A stretch of DNA of 64,000 nt from Eledone cirrhosa (GCA_964016885.1 OZ024745.1:101618001-101682000); one strand, 5' to 3'; shown: positions 12,389-26,892, counted from the stretch's first letter. The notes: generated by a model not told the origin, from the letters alone. Numbers and translations are program-made.

Positions 12389-13407
12389 TAGTAATAGAAC
12401 TATCTCTGTTACTATTAAGCAAGTGTTTCGAGCATAACTTTTTTTACATAAAATTATGGTGGAAGAGTTTTAGATAAATATAAACACTTTGCAACAAACG
12501 GTTTTGTATTATAAAACCAAGGCAGTTAAACACACACACATACATAAATGAAAGTGTGAGAGCAATAAATAAGATTGTAAGAATGTTCAATTATTTTATG
12601 TAACTGAGTTGTGAAAAAAACCCAAATATAAATCAATGCAATTCTTTTGTTTTGTTCTGAACTTGAAATGAGAAACATTTCTATTTGTCTTTTCCTTTGA
12701 CATTTCCAAAACCCAATAGAGTTAATTGTCACTCAACATGACAGCTCCCTGCAGTTGCTTATCTAGCCTAGCTAGTCTATTTTCTCTGCCACCAAATAAG
12801 AAATGTCATATATAGATTTGTGAAGGCTATAAGCTATATACAGCTTGGAGGTTCTGTGCTTAAAAGTAACTAAAAAAATATTACAAAAATTGAAAACATG
12901 CCTTTTAAATATTTTGTGGCACTCATGGATTGTGACGCCCTAAACTGTAACCTATTTAACTTATGCTTAAATCCAGCATTGAATGTCACTTTGGTTTATA
13001 AGGTCTTCAACATTTCTAAATATTACACAATATATTTTAAGAATTTGAATTCTAATGACTTGAAAATTTAGTTTCTGATTTAATTACTGGAGTTTCCAGT
13101 TTATAATAGGTTCAAAGAATTCCTCATCACATGCATATTATCTCAAACTTTTAGACAAGCTTTCTTTCTTCTCCTGTATCAACTATCTGAAAATAGACAT
13201 TAGTTTTTGTCATGGTTGTGAGGGTAACAGTAAGACATGCAACCTGCTATAATTGAAGTCAGCAAATGTCTAAACTGTCAGAGCTATCTAAATCATAGAT
13301 GGAGACATTTTACAGGCAGGAAGGGGTGATAAAACAAAACAAAACAACAATAATAATAAAGACATAAACAACAAAATCCCTGCCTCTGGTTCTATGATAA
13401 TAAAACT

Positions 13408-13624
13408 GTTAGCATTTAAACCCGCCATATCCGGCCAGAATTCTCATCTCTTTGTGTTCAAACCGGCTGTAACTGGCCACTCATACTGATGTTAAAGTAT
13501 TGCTCTCAAAGTAAATATCAAAATCTCATAGATTCGATATTATGTGAGATAATTATGAGAGGTAAAGACTTTACTGTGAAAATATAATAGTATATATAGA
13601 GTAATGTAAATGTTAAAGGGTTAA
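13408..13624 (+). mobile_element. piggyBac-type MITE
   Basis: ttagcatttaaacccgcc...taaatgttaaaggg|ttaa, same family as 59107. Confidence 0.85.
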
Positions 13625-14379
13625 AATGTTCATATTTAAATTGAAATATGTCCATCAAAATTTTATCGAATAACCTTTTGTCAAGTATGTTCTAAACCTC
13701 AGCTTCACTTATTTTACTTAACTCTACAAATTGAATCACATAGAAACTGTATTTCATTAGAAATGTTGTCAAGAATGGGATAAATTTCAAAATAGTTTTC
13801 ATCTATTTATAAAATCTGTAGCTTGCATAATTTCATTTTGGTAAAAATACATTCTGTCAATTTAAGAGCTTTTATCCATTTAATTTACATTGCATATGTT
13901 GTTTTGTGTTATTGAATTGTGGTCATTAACTCCAGAGCAATGTGGACTTGTTGGAAGTATTTCAAATGGGATGATTTTGCCAAATCCTCAGCCATCAATA
14001 TTTCTGAATTAATTCAAAGACCTGGTCGTACAGGTATTGCCATGTGAATTGAATTGCTCATTCTATGTTATCATAGAAACTACTAACACATCTCTGAGCA
14101 CATGACTGCAAATATACAAAAGAGTACTGATAACGGCTTCGCTGAAGATAATAAAAAAATACATGGGAGAAACTAAATCTAACCATTAGTTATGAACAAA
14201 ATCATTTGTATATGACATTCAGTACATCACTCCATTTTTAAGTTGTTTCCTATAGCTCACTTTATTTTTAATTATGTAACCAGCAGAGGGTCGGCACTAA
14301 AATATGTCTTGTTCAACCCATTCCAGAAAGGAAAAATGGGCCTAAAAATGATGACAATCATCATCATTATTATTTTACG

Positions 14380-14545
14380 CAAGGGTGGGATGGGTCCTCT
14401 TCAGCATAGCATCTCTCCACTTGTCACACTTCTTTGTCATCTCCTTTCTGAGCTTCAGCAGTCTGAGGTTAGCTCTCACCACCTCTGGTCATGTTTTCCG
14501 TGGCTTCCCTCTACTGGATCTTCCTTCCACTCAGTATTGGCCAAA
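14380..14545 (-). mobile_element. RTE LINE 3' end fragment
   Basis: Minus strand encodes GKPRKT*PEVVRANLRLLKL...KWRDAMLKRT, homologous to the RTE C-terminus at 48660-48790. Confidence 0.7.
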
Positions 14546-16332
14546 CATTATAATTCATTTCCAGTTCTAGTTAGGTTATACTATCCTGATGACGTTTAAC
14601 TGATTGAAATATCTCCAGAGTTGCTTGCAAATATCAAACCTCCCTTTCTTCCTCCAAGTATGTGCCTATTCTAAAAACCCTGGATACCACACTGTATTTA
14701 TTTTATCAATATGTTAATGTTAGACCCCGTAGAGAATGTAAAACTCATAATCTTCATTACTTAGTATAAAACAGTGAAAAGCGTTTAAATCATCTGAGAA
14801 AAAATTGTAAGCTGCTATTTAAAGTGTTTAAAAATATGCATATAGAAGGTATGATGTGGATAGAAATTTTGATTAAGAACACATGAAGCTCTGTCATTTA
14901 CAGACACATTGCATGGCATTCAGATAACTTGCTCATTGAGTCCTCTTTTTAACAGTGGTTCAGATAAAATGTGCATAATTAATTTTCTAATGGCAACATA
15001 AATTTTATATTCAGATTTATGTGTTAGAGAAAGAACTCTGTTGCCTGTTGTTTATGCATGGTTCTTCCCTTCAAATTCTTTAACAATTCTGATATCAAAC
15101 CCAATGGAGATTGCCTCAGGTTTTTCAATTAAAAAAAAAATTCTCTTTTAACGTGTTCATATTTATATAAAAACACTCCGTCAACAATTCCTGTTAGGAC
15201 TTTTGATATGTTCCAAAACTCAAGTGAGAAAATCGTTGTTTTACCAAATTCTTCGAAATTCTTGATTAAGTGAAACAATGAGTATCATTATTTCACAGTT
15301 ACAAAAGGATTAAAGTCTATTGCGTGAGTGATTTAAGTAACTTATACATCCACTCGTATTAAGTATCTTGAAAATATATCAGTCATAAGCCATTTAAAAA
15401 GCCCTTAAGCAGTCATTTAACTTGCTAGAAATAACAGCCAAATCACCATCACATATCACTCTGCAATCTTATATCTGAAGCAAAAAGAGATAGAATGGGC
15501 ATGGCTGGAACACTTTTAATCATGTGACTTTTAATCAATTATGACTGACTTAGGGAAAGGCCAAATAACAAAACAACATAAGCTACTTAAAATTGATAGC
15601 TGAATTTCTTTTCTTTTAGAAAGGTGTCCAGTTATTATAAAATGCCTTAAAAGAAGTAAAAATGAAGTAACACTTTTAATGTTACCACCACCATCACGAT
15701 CATCATCATCATCAATGAACCAATGAGGGACCCTCTATGTAACCACTTGACTTACTAGAAACAGTTGCCAAATCTCCCTCCATCTTATGAAAAAGAAAGG
15801 ACAATCTGAATAATGTAGACCTAAATACAATATTCTTGAAAAGATGATGGAGTGGCGACAGCTAAAATGTTTTTGATCATACGGCTGCCCAATCAGAATT
15901 AACCTGGCATTGAACAACAACAATCTATCTTTTTATTGTCATGCTCCATAATGCCTTATATTATTCTAGAGGCATACCTTACAAAAGTTTGCTCCAAGGA
16001 TGCCATTTCATTTACTTATTTACTTCTGTGCAACATTCTGCTGTTGGCTACTGCATTTGAATTGTGTCTTTTAGATACATTTGGCTGATGCTTTTGATAG
16101 CCAGCTGTTTTATGGACTGATTTTAGCTCAAACAATCCTCACATGCTTACACTACTAGGGATACCATATAGCCAAATCACCCCCATACCACATCCTATTG
16201 TCAGGTCTTACCTGGAGCTAAATAAACACAATTCGTCCTTAGATCTGGCAACAGCAGATTTCTTCAAGAGGGAGAAAGAAGGCAAAATCAATCACAGTAC
16301 TGGATTGATACATTATTCATCAACCCTTAAGC

Positions 16333-16925
16333 TTTTAGCATTTAAACTAACCGTATCCGGCCAGAATTCTCTCACCTCTTTTTCTGTTCAAACTGGCCAT
16401 AACTGGTCTCTCACACTGACGTTAAGGTATTGTTCTCAAAATAAATAACATCAAAATCTCATAGATTCAATATTCTTCTTCTTTGCCCACTTATTCCTGG
16501 GAGAGTCATGTGGGCAGAGTCCTCAAACACTCCCTCCAGTGGGTCCTGTCACAAGCAACTGTCTCCAACTGATCTGGCTGGATACCCAAGCATGACCAGC
16601 CAAGCTCATGGATGTTATCGAACCATCTTGCTGGGGTTCTACCATTGGGCCTCCTACCTGTTGATTTCACCTGTAAAATCTGTCCAGCGATTCTTTCCTG
16701 GGAAATTCTAACCACATGCCCATAGTATTGGGGCTGTGATCTCTCAATTCAGAGAAGTAGCTGCTCTACCTGGAGTGACTCTGATCTCTGAGCTACGCAC
16801 TTTATCAAGTTACATTCCTCCAAAGAACATTCGGAGGAATCCCATTTCGGCTGCTTGTATTCACGATCGTATTCTTTCAGTCAATATCATGTGAGATAAT
16901 TATAGACAATAGTATATATAGAGTA
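16333..16925 (+). mobile_element. piggyBac-type MITE interrupted by an RTE-type LINE 3' fragment (about 16475-16880, minus strand)
   Basis: MITE sequence stops at ...agattcaatatt and resumes tcaatatcatgtgagataatt; the insert encodes MVRISQERIAGQILQVKSTGRRPNGRTPARWFDNI. Confidence 0.75.
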
Positions 16926-17850
16926 ATCATCACCATCATCGTTTAACGTCTATCTTCCATGCTAGCATGGGTTAGAGAGGTTTGTCCCATTTGAGGCAAG
17001 TTAGGTCAGGTGACCGTGTCTCACTCACATAGGACTGTTTCTGGCTGGTTTTCTATGGCTGGATGCTCTTCCTAACGCCGACCATATTTACAATGTGTGC
17101 TGGGTGCTTTTTGTTGTGACATCTATACGACCAGTATACAATGTGGGCTGGATGTTTTGTGGTACCAACATAACTTTACAGAGTAAAGTTACTATGCTTG
17201 ACGATTTGAAAAAAAAATGAACTTGGCTTTAAATCTATTATTACAACTTGTCAAATAAAATTTCGAAATAATTTAAACAAGTTAAATAATGACATGGACA
17301 GAAGTGGGAGGGAGGGGTGGGGATGTATATTGGATTAAGAGGTACCTGGAAATGCTAAAGGGTTAAAGGATGAAAGGCAAAGATGACTTCAGTGGAAATT
17401 AAAACTAGATTGCAGAGAGCCAAAACAAATATCATAAAGCTTTTTGTCCTGTACTCTGCCACCAGTCAATTCCTTTCACATCTAGATGCCATATAGGAAT
17501 ATAAATCTATTCCATACTTGACTGGTGTCTTATTTTTTTAGTGTTTGGGACATGGTTCAACAAAGATTCTTAGATAAAATTATAAAATTATTGTGGAAGA
17601 ATTTTGATGAATGCAATCATTTGAAAAACAGTTGTAGAACTAAGGGGCACTTGCAGGCAGTTTGGTATCAAAAGGGTTAATTAATAAAGATAATTATGTG
17701 CGATAAGTTCTAATCATAGAAATTTATGTGTATTTAATACTGTCATTCGACAGTTATTTTGATATTATGATAAACTAGTGATAAATTGTAATTTGGCTGG
17801 AAACTGCTTCTATGATTTTTATGAGTTTTCATTTCTTTTTTTATATCTAG

Positions 17851-17921
17851 GCACCTGCTGTCAAGGAGCATATCAATCCACAGTATGAACACTATCTACT
17901 GTTATTGCAGCAGCGCAACAG
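17851..17921 (+). CDS. KATNIP: Katanin-interacting protein exon (APAVKEHINPQYEHYLLLLQQRNR)
   Basis: ag|...|gtaaac; matches the recalled human KIAA0556 N-terminal motif HDEYLILLQQRNR. Confidence 0.9.
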
Positions 17922-17989
17922 GTAAACTGGCTATCTTTTTTATCTTTTTGTCTTCTGTAATCATATCTTGCCCTGTCTTCTTTTCCTGT

Positions 17990-18650
17990 ATTCTCTCTTC
18001 AGTCTTGTATCTTCTCTCTTCATTGTTCCATCTGCGATCTCCCATTCTTGTTCTTCCATCTTCTTTCTTCCACCTTCGTTCTTCCACCTTCATTCTTCCA
18101 CCTTCGTTCTTCCACCTTCGTTCTTCTGCCTTCGTTCTTCCGCCTTCGTTCTTCCGTCCTCGTGTTTCTGTCCTCGTTTTTCCGTCCTCGTTTTTCCATC
18201 CTCGTTTTTCCACCTTCGTTCTTCCGTCCTCGTTTTTCCGTTCTCGTTTTTCCGTCCTCGTTTTTTCATCCTCTTTTTCCATCCTCGTTCTTCCATCTTC
18301 GTTCTTCCGTCCTAGCTCTTCCGTCCTCGTTGTCTGTCTTCGTTCTTCCGTTTTCTTTCTTCTGCCTTTCTGTCATTATTCATCTATCATTGTTCATTAG
18401 TCCATCACCATTCTTCCCTCTTTGGTGTTTTCATTTTGTAATCATCGTTCTTTGTTCTTCCATTTTTGTTGTTTTGTCCTCCCCTCATCCCCATCTTTGT
18501 CTTTGCCTTCGTCTTCTTCTCCTTCATCTTTGCCTTTGTCTTCTGCGTTTTCGTCTTCTCCTCCCCCCTTATCTCTCCTTCTTCTCCTTCTTCCCCATTC
18601 TCCTTTCCCTTCTCCCCCCCTCTTCTCCCCTTCTCCACCTCTTCTCATCC
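17990..18650. repeat. Pyrimidine-rich low-complexity tract with ~14-bp tandem units (ttcttccaccttcg-like)
   Basis: Visible degenerate tandem; produces spurious S/F/L and K/E/R ORFs. Confidence 0.85.
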
Positions 18651-21419
18651 TCTATGGATTAGTCAATTCTTTACATCATAGATAGGAACAAGAGTATGAT
18701 GGTTCTGTTGATAGGTCTTTAAGAATTCCTAAATAAAAATGGCAACTGCTTGTTCTAGAGCTTTGGACCAACAATTCAAACTTATAAATAATAAGTGAAA
18801 AAGAACATGGTAAGTAATTGTTTGGAAGAAAAGATGCAGAAAATTTTGTTTTGATGATGCAGACAGAATATATATATATATATATATTTTTTTTTTTACA
18901 TATTTATTGAAAATTGAGGATCCTCTGTCAGTTTTGATAATGAGCATTCAGTTGTTCTATCCACTGAGCCTCCTACTTATTGAGTTAATGTATAATTGGC
19001 TGAGTATTCCACAGACATGTGTACCCATAACATAATTATCAAGTAGTTCGATACAATGTGACAAGGCTAGACCTTTAAATTAGTGGTAGAATCTACACAT
19101 ACAGAATATATAATTATAAAACATACTCAAACTGAAACCTAACTCTGTTAAAATTCTTTCCTAAATATCTTTTTAAACCATTGATATTGGTTTTTGGTTT
19201 ATTTTAGTTTGTAACAAAAAAATTCTTTTTCAACACTGTTCAATTTTTACTGCTTTTTTTTTTCTTTGATATTTTTACCTTGTCTTTTCTTTCACCAACT
19301 TAGTGAAGCCTCACATTACAATCTTGTTTGTTTAGAATGACATTAATCTAGACTGAATGCATAAGAATCAGGTTTGAAACACTTTAAGTCAATTCTTTTA
19401 AGATTACAAGAATACATATATTTACTTGCTTAACAATTCTGAGCTATACAAATATCTTCAGTGACTATGCATCTCCTATTTTTTTGTTTTCTTATCCAGT
19501 CTAATGTTCTGTTTATTTTGAGTGCTAATATGTGTAATGCTGCTTAAAATTGATTATAAAATTTTCCATAATGCAATATATCTCATAATGCAATGATTTC
19601 ATTAATTATAAAAAAATTTCTCCAATGCTTTTTTTGTTTTAAAAATCATGGTCTGAAAAATCATAGTATTTGTTTCATGCCATTTTAAAACCTTTTATGA
19701 TCAAGAATTTACTGCTTATCTGTTGCAATTAATTTTCAAAAATTATCAAGGACTGTGTTTTATCTATTCCGCCAAAAGCTTTGATGAAAGGGTTGACAAA
19801 CATTGTAATTTGTGGAATATTTTGAAATATTTTGATATAAACTCATACCATAGAGTGTTCCTGGGAAGGCAACTGGTAATTAGTTTCATCTATTGATTTG
19901 CTTAACCACTTCATAAACCATAATTCTAATGGATACACTACCTATGCATGTCAATACAGTTTGAAAATAATCAAGAATTTGAAGATATTTTGTAAAATAA
20001 ATAACTTTACCATTTGCTTTTGGGAACATAGATTAATAAAAGTCTTTTCATAAAATCATGCTAAAATGTGCAATTTTGTATCTTGGAGGTTGTCTCATTT
20101 AAAACTAAATATTTTGATTTAAATAAAATGTTTAAATCATTCAACAGTATTGAGAACCTTACTTTTCATATTCAACCCACCATGAGTTTTGAGTGTGTTA
20201 TCAAAGTCCCCTCTAGACCAAATCTCTGCTCAAAGAACATCAAGATCTTGTATTTTTCTCATCAGTCTTGAAGGTCTTGCCCTTTTTTCTCTAACTAATG
20301 TTAACTGGTTGTATTTTAACTTCAAGTTGTTTATTGACTTCATTTCAAAAATGCTTATAAAAGTTTCTTTATTTATAGAAGTACGTAATAAATTGTATCA
20401 ATTGGTTAATCATGTATTTTGTTACATTCAGAGTGTTTTCATGAGGAATTGGAATCAAATAACTATACTGTGCTGTTATAGTTTGGTCATCTGCTTCAGT
20501 TCTTCAGGTCTAACTCTAGTAGTAAATGTATAAATAATTTAGTGTAAGGTACCAATTCCTTCATCATCGTCATCATCTAACGTCTATCGTCCACGCTAGC
20601 ATGGGTTTATCTCCCAAGCGAATGAGGGTACTTTTATACAGTTGCTTGACCTGCTAGAAATAGAAGCCAAAATCTCTGAACCACACACACACACCCAACT
20701 AAAAACAAAAGACCATTTGAGATAATTTGATCCTAGTTACCTCTAAAAAATAAGATGATCACAACTCGAATAACATCATGTTTGCTCAGTCATGGCTAAC
20801 GTAGGGCTTAACAACAACTATGGTTTCTGATTATGGCACATGATTATTTTATCTTTTTATCAAATGTATCTTTACATTTTTTTAAGATTGTAGGGTGTGA
20901 TTGCAAGGGGATTGTCGAATATGTCTTTCCATTTTTTTAAGATGGTAAGGTGTGATTGGAAAGAGATTGTTGAATATGTCTTTACATTTTTTTTAAAGAC
21001 GGAAGGGTGTGATTGGAAGGAGATTTATGCACACAAGTCTACTTGGTTGGGCAAGTTGCATTATGGGCTCTCATTAGCTTACGGTCTATCATTTATACAA
21101 CAAACATTTTACAGCCATTTTCCTTGCAAAGTTAGTCTTGTAGGATCCATAATAGGCTTCACGCTCATTATGAGATCCTTTTTTAGGCAATGTTTTACAG
21201 CCAGATGCTCTTTCTGCTGCCAACTTGTTTAGTAATTTCTCATTAGACACAACAATATGGTGTATCTGTTCTAAACCAGATACACATAGAAGTTTATCAT
21301 TTATTTATATCTTGTGTAAATAATTGTTTTAGCTGATTGATATAATGCTTTAAAAAAGAAACAATTTAAATGATTCCTTGAGAAACTATTCTATGGTCAT
21401 GTGTTTTAGTGCATTGTTT

Positions 21420-21848
21420 TTATGAGTGTCACATCCCTTGCAACATCCAGCATAAGTAGTGAAAGAGTCACTCGCTGGGAAAATAAATTTAACAACCTCC
21501 CATCTGTAACAACAATGGAGCTAAAGGCAAGTGAGGCACTGCCCCCCAAAGCAGATACAAACTATGCAGTGTGGAAATGCCTCAACCAATTAAGTTCTGA
21601 TGTTGGTCATGCAAAAGCCAATCTGGCAAAATGGGGATATTTAAAGGATGGGGTCATTGTATGTGACTGCAGGATTGAACCACAGACTATGCAGCACCTC
21701 TTGATATGCTCCCTGCTGGAACACCCCTTCACAGCATTGGCCTTGGCAAAGTTTAATGAGAAAGGACAGCAATGTGTTCAGCTGTGGCAGAACCACATCT
21801 AGCCAAGCTTTGTAGCTGACACTCTTATAGACACGATCAGAAGAAAAT
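21420..21848 (+). mobile_element. Non-LTR retrotransposon 3' fragment (RTE-X-like C-terminal zinc knuckle)
   Basis: AVWKCLNQL..VGHAKANLAKWGY...CDC..EPQTMQHLLIC, followed by a gacacgatcagaagaa tail. Confidence 0.7.
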
Positions 21849-23489
21849 GAGGCTCCTGGTGATGGTTGGTTGTATTTGTTATATGCGTTTATATATGTGT
21901 TTATCAACGACATAATGAGATTTATTGTAAAAGATTCAAACAATAAATGAAGGGAAAGGAAGGTTCTAGGGTAACAGAAGAATGGGGAGGGAGAAGTGGG
22001 AGGGTGATGGGCTCTAGGCCTAGGGCGTAACGGTGTTGGGGCTGCGCCCCACGGTTAAAGCCGCAAGAGCATCCCGCCAGCGATACCTGCTGCAACAGCC
22101 ACATCAACTTGCAGGGCTTCTTCCTCAGATGGGCTGCTGTTGTTCCAATCTTACAGAGGAGCTGGACGGCGACTGGTGCGAATATTTCTGTACCACTGCT
22201 TAAAAATCATTCACAGATTTAATGTGAATTGTTTACACTTGTTTAAACAAAAGTCAATAATGGATTTTTTTTTCTTTTAACTGAAACACCTCTTCTTCAT
22301 TGAAAATACTTGTGACATGTCACAAACAGTTTTAATGAATAATGTGTACTTGTTATTGTGCTGACTGAAATAGAAGTAGCATACTTCATATTCTGAGACT
22401 CTAATATCTGTTGCTTGCATTCATCTTTTTGTTTACTTTAGTGGAATGACACTTTTACTATGTTTTACATTAGGTTGGATATTTAGACACTTCAAAGCTA
22501 ATTAATGATTTCATAGTTAATTACTGATCTTAAGTTGAATATAATGATCTTGATAATTCTAACAAAGAAGATTTAACACTTTTGGGACCATATTCCTAAC
22601 AAGAACAATGATGAATATACTCCCTTTGTGTTTTAATTATCAAATTAATCAATAATTATGAGAAGTTTAGTGAAATAACTAAAAAAGAATATTTAACTAC
22701 TTAAATCTAATATTATTTGTCATGTAACAATGGGGTTTCATTCCTAGATTTAAATTTATTTTTCAACACTTCAGTAGAGGTAGCTTCAGACAAGTTGGGG
22801 TTTAAAGGGCTAAAAGCTTGGATTTAGTTATTATCTCCAACTTTATTATTTTGGAAGCACCTGGTATGTAGGGTTGGAAGTAAATCTGAAATCTGCCTAG
22901 TAACTGTCTAGAATAAATGTTATTTCAGAAAACCTGAAAGTCTTCTTTGAAACTTGCACGATTATATGATTGCAATTTCCAGGGCTTCTTTTAACATTTG
23001 TGGTTCATTATCATTGTCATCATCACATTGACTTTTGCATGCTGGGTTGCGTTTGATGGGACTTTTTGAGGCAATATTTTACAGTCAGATGCTCTTCCTT
23101 ACACCATCCTTTTCAGTCACTTCTTACAACACACAGAAATATAGTGTACCTACTCTAAACCAGATACTTTGCAAAATAAATTGTACTCAACAAGCAATTT
23201 TTAAAACATTAATAAAAACTATTTCACGTAGAATGTTTTATTATTTCCCAAATAATATTTGCTGTTAACATAATTTTTATTCATTCCAATGTTACAATTC
23301 TAATTACTCACCTATGTCTTATGTGTCAACAAGATGAATGGACCTATGCCAGTTTCAATGATGTATGTTCCAGTTGTTGAGTCAATAAAACAGCTTATTT
23401 ATTAAATTGATGTGTGTTTACTTATTCAGTTAATGGAACAGCATCTTATTAAATTAATGTATAAGTGGCTGGGCATTCAACAGGATCTC

Positions 23490-24420
23490 AAAAAGGACCT
23501 TGACAGAGTACCCTGCTCTGTAATTTTATGGATGCTAAGGTAGCTAGGTGTAGAAGCATGGCTTGTGACAGCCATGCAAGTTATGTGGTACAACCAGCAA
23601 GTTGGCAATGAATGCAGTGATGAATTTCAAATGCAGATAGGGGTTAACTAGGGCTCAGTCCTCAGCCCACTTCTGTTTATCACTATCCTTTAGGCCATTA
23701 TGAATGAATCGAAAAGTGGAACTCCATGGGAACTCCTGTATACTGATGATCTAGTCCTAGTTGAACCTGTGGGAGAATGAAGGGTTAAATTTCAAACACG
23801 CGAGGCCTAAAAGTAAACCCAGCAAAGACTGGAAGGAAGGACTGGAAGCTTATGCCATCAGAGAAGTAGTGTTGCTCAATGTGTCAAAAAGGGGTGGGCA
23901 GAAATTCCATCTGGTGCACACAGTGTAAACTATGAATACACAAGAGATGTAGTGGGATTACAGGCTGGTTAATGGAGAAGATATACTTTGTAGGCAACAG
24001 ATGCATAGGAGATGTAAGCACTAAAAGTGCATGGGAAATAGATTCTATGGAGGCTCCTTAGAAATTGTTGATAGCTTTTGTTACCTAGGCAACCTAATTG
24101 GTTGTAGGAGAGGATGCTGTAAAAGTGCGGTAGCCAGTTTAAGAACTGGCTGGAAGAAGTGTAGGGAGCTGGTGTTTCTGCTAACAAGAAAGGGCTTTTT
24201 CCTCAGAGTGAAGGCCAGACTGTATGATGCGTGTGTACAAATTACAATGCTATATGGCAATGAGATATGGGCCTTAAAAAAGATCTGTGAAGACTAGAAA
24301 GAGATTAAGTATGCTCCGATGAATGTGTAGTGCAGAAATATAGCACAACAGTGGATAGGACTCGTGGAGATGGTAGACCGAGGAAGGCATGTGATGAGGT
24401 AGCGAAGCTGAATTTCACAA
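23490..24420 (+). mobile_element. Decayed RTE LINE (RT to C-terminus)
   Basis: Remnants QGSVLSPLLF, PWELLYTDDLVL, EIVDSFCYLG, VKARLYDACV. Confidence 0.85.
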
Positions 24421-24621
24421 CAGAAGTGACAAATATAGCACAACAGTGTACTTTGATATTTTAAAGGTTTCATCAGGTGAAAGAAGTATTGCCTTTATTC
24501 ACCTTTATTCACAGCATCTCCCAGACTACTGGCATTGATACTCTTGAATATTCATCCATGTATTCATGGGATTTCGTTGTACTTCAGTATTTTCAAAACA
24601 TGTTTCACTGTTGTATTATAG

Positions 24622-24809
24622 AATGCTTAGGAAGTTAATGACCAAAACATCGCAGGAAATTTCTCTGGAGAGAAAAGAACAAGGATTCACAGTTTACATG
24701 AATGGAGCAAATGCTGAAATGGAGATAAACCCTACTTTACCACAATTGAAGTCACCTTCTCCAAATCATGAGGCTCGATCAAGAAGGCACAGAGCTGCTG
24801 CTCAACTGA
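24622..24809 (+). CDS. KATNIP: Katanin-interacting protein exon (MLRKLMTKTSQEISLERKEQGFTVYMNGANAE...RAAAQL)
   Basis: ag|...|gtaaga, phase 2 in, phase 1 out; EQGFTVYMNGAN matches the recalled human LEQGFSVYVNGANSE. Confidence 0.92.
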
Positions 24810-26892
24810 GTAAGATGAATAATTTTTCTTACATTAAAATACACATTCTTTCTGTTTTTATTATTTCTTTGTTATTGTTATATATTCATTTTTCCATGCT
24901 TGTATGAATAGGATGGCTTATTTGTTGGAGTATACCTAGATTCCCTTACTACTGTTAACTACTAAAAAATAATGATAGAATCTGTCTGTTTGCTTTTTTG
25001 TTTAGTCAAGCAAATTAGATCATGGAAAGTTAGATACAGTTATTGGGGCACAATACCTTCTGTAGTAAGACTAGAAACATTTGGTCATTAATCTAGGAGC
25101 CATCAGCTTCACAGCCAATCTGCTGTGCTGTTATCCTCTTTATAGGTAGAAAACTAAATATGTTTGTGAAAACAAAGTAATTGCAGAAATATTTATTATG
25201 CTAACATTTTGGTATATCATCTTAAAGTAAAATTATTTTAATGAGATTTGTTTTCTAAGAGCCTAAATAATTTCTTCATGATGTATTAATGCAAAAGCAG
25301 TAATGTTTGGGCCAGTTTTATCATAGTTTAATTTAGTTTAAGTGGAGATCTTATTCTAAGAACTATTTCCATCTTTCTTACTTTTGTGTTTTGTTTTATT
25401 ATATCTGAACATTTGTTTGTATTAAAAAAAAGAAATAGATTGAAAGGAAACATTAATAGATACTTCTTCAGATAATTAAGACATCCTACTTCAATACAGT
25501 TTATTGCTAAATAATTGGTACTAAGGAAATATTTAGATGTAGTTAATTTTGGTGAAGCCTGAATTATTTCAGCATTAAGTATATTTCTGTTTTTCAAGCC
25601 AGATACATTGCTTTACTTGATTGATCAATTCTAAAACTATCTATCCTATAACTAGGATAGCAAAGCAGTCATTAGGAAGTCAGTGCCTTGGAGTACTTAT
25701 TCTAGTTCTCTCTACTCTGAGTTCTTATCTTGCCAATTTCAGTTTTGCCTTTCACTCCTTTGGGGTCAATAAAGTACCAATTAAGGGCTGGGATTGATGT
25801 GTCTTCTTCTGTTTATTTGTATTTCTATCTCTCTCTCTTTTTCCTTTCTGGAAGAAATTGTTTATGGTTAGATCTGGCTTAAAATGCTCAAACATGTCAT
25901 AATAATGCCCTTCTGACTCCAACAGGGGTTGAGGATTCAAGAAAAGAAGCATAGAAAAGCAAATGTCAGATATGGTTTCTGTATGGGTAGTGTTCCAGCT
26001 AGCTCAATCAGTTTAGTGGCAGGCTGCCAACTGAAGGTTCTGTAGTTAGTGTTGCATCAATGGCGTTGTACTTTGAGTATAAACTGACCCAATCAAGCTG
26101 ACTTTAAATAATTGCAATAAATGGGGAGAAGAGATAAACATTTTCATCACATTACTAGATAAACTTAAGCAAATTAACAAAGAGAGGACAAGACAACAAA
26201 CAAAAACAAAACAAAACTAAAGACAATTTTTTAAGGGGAAGACATAAAATAAATTAAAATACAAACAGACACAAAACTCCATGGTCATCAGCCATTGAGA
26301 TGAACTTTAGCAGTTTTGACCTCTACCAATAGTACTGCTGGTCTATCCGGGATCACAGCATTTGACATAAGCCAAACGCTGTCCAGTGGAGTAACAGACA
26401 AGAGACAAAACATTAATTTTTAGCAATTAAGCTACAAAACATTTCGAATTTTCTGTGATGTCACAGAACATGTGTGGTGCCTCTCATAGCATGAATGAAA
26501 CAAAGGAAAAAAGCAAGGAGAAGAAGGTAAGATAGCGTGTTAAAAAATGTAAGCCATTGCAATAAATAGGAGGAGAAGAGATAAACACATTCATCATGTT
26601 AGTAAGTTCTATGAGCAGTGTAGCTTACTATTATAAACTGTGAGTGTCGTATAATTTATGGAAGTTTTGATGACTTTGTTTTATGTGAAGCATTGAAAGG
26701 CAATCTTACGAAGCCAGGAGTATTTGTATCTTATTAGAATAATCAAGTAATTGATTCTATTTGATAAACGTTTGTGAGATATATGCCAAGTGACTCATTG
26801 ATTCATCATCATCATCGTTTAATGTCTGCTTTCCCTGTTAGCAATGGTTGGATTTTAACATATTAGTTTTTAGCCATTTTCTGAGTTTATGA

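Noticed and set aside
14581-14620. CTGATGA...GAAA-tatc-TC resembling a hammerhead
   Set aside because: Neither stem I nor stem II pairs
17885-18685. Multiple 70-200 aa ORFs
   Set aside because: Translations of a pyrimidine-rich tandem repeat
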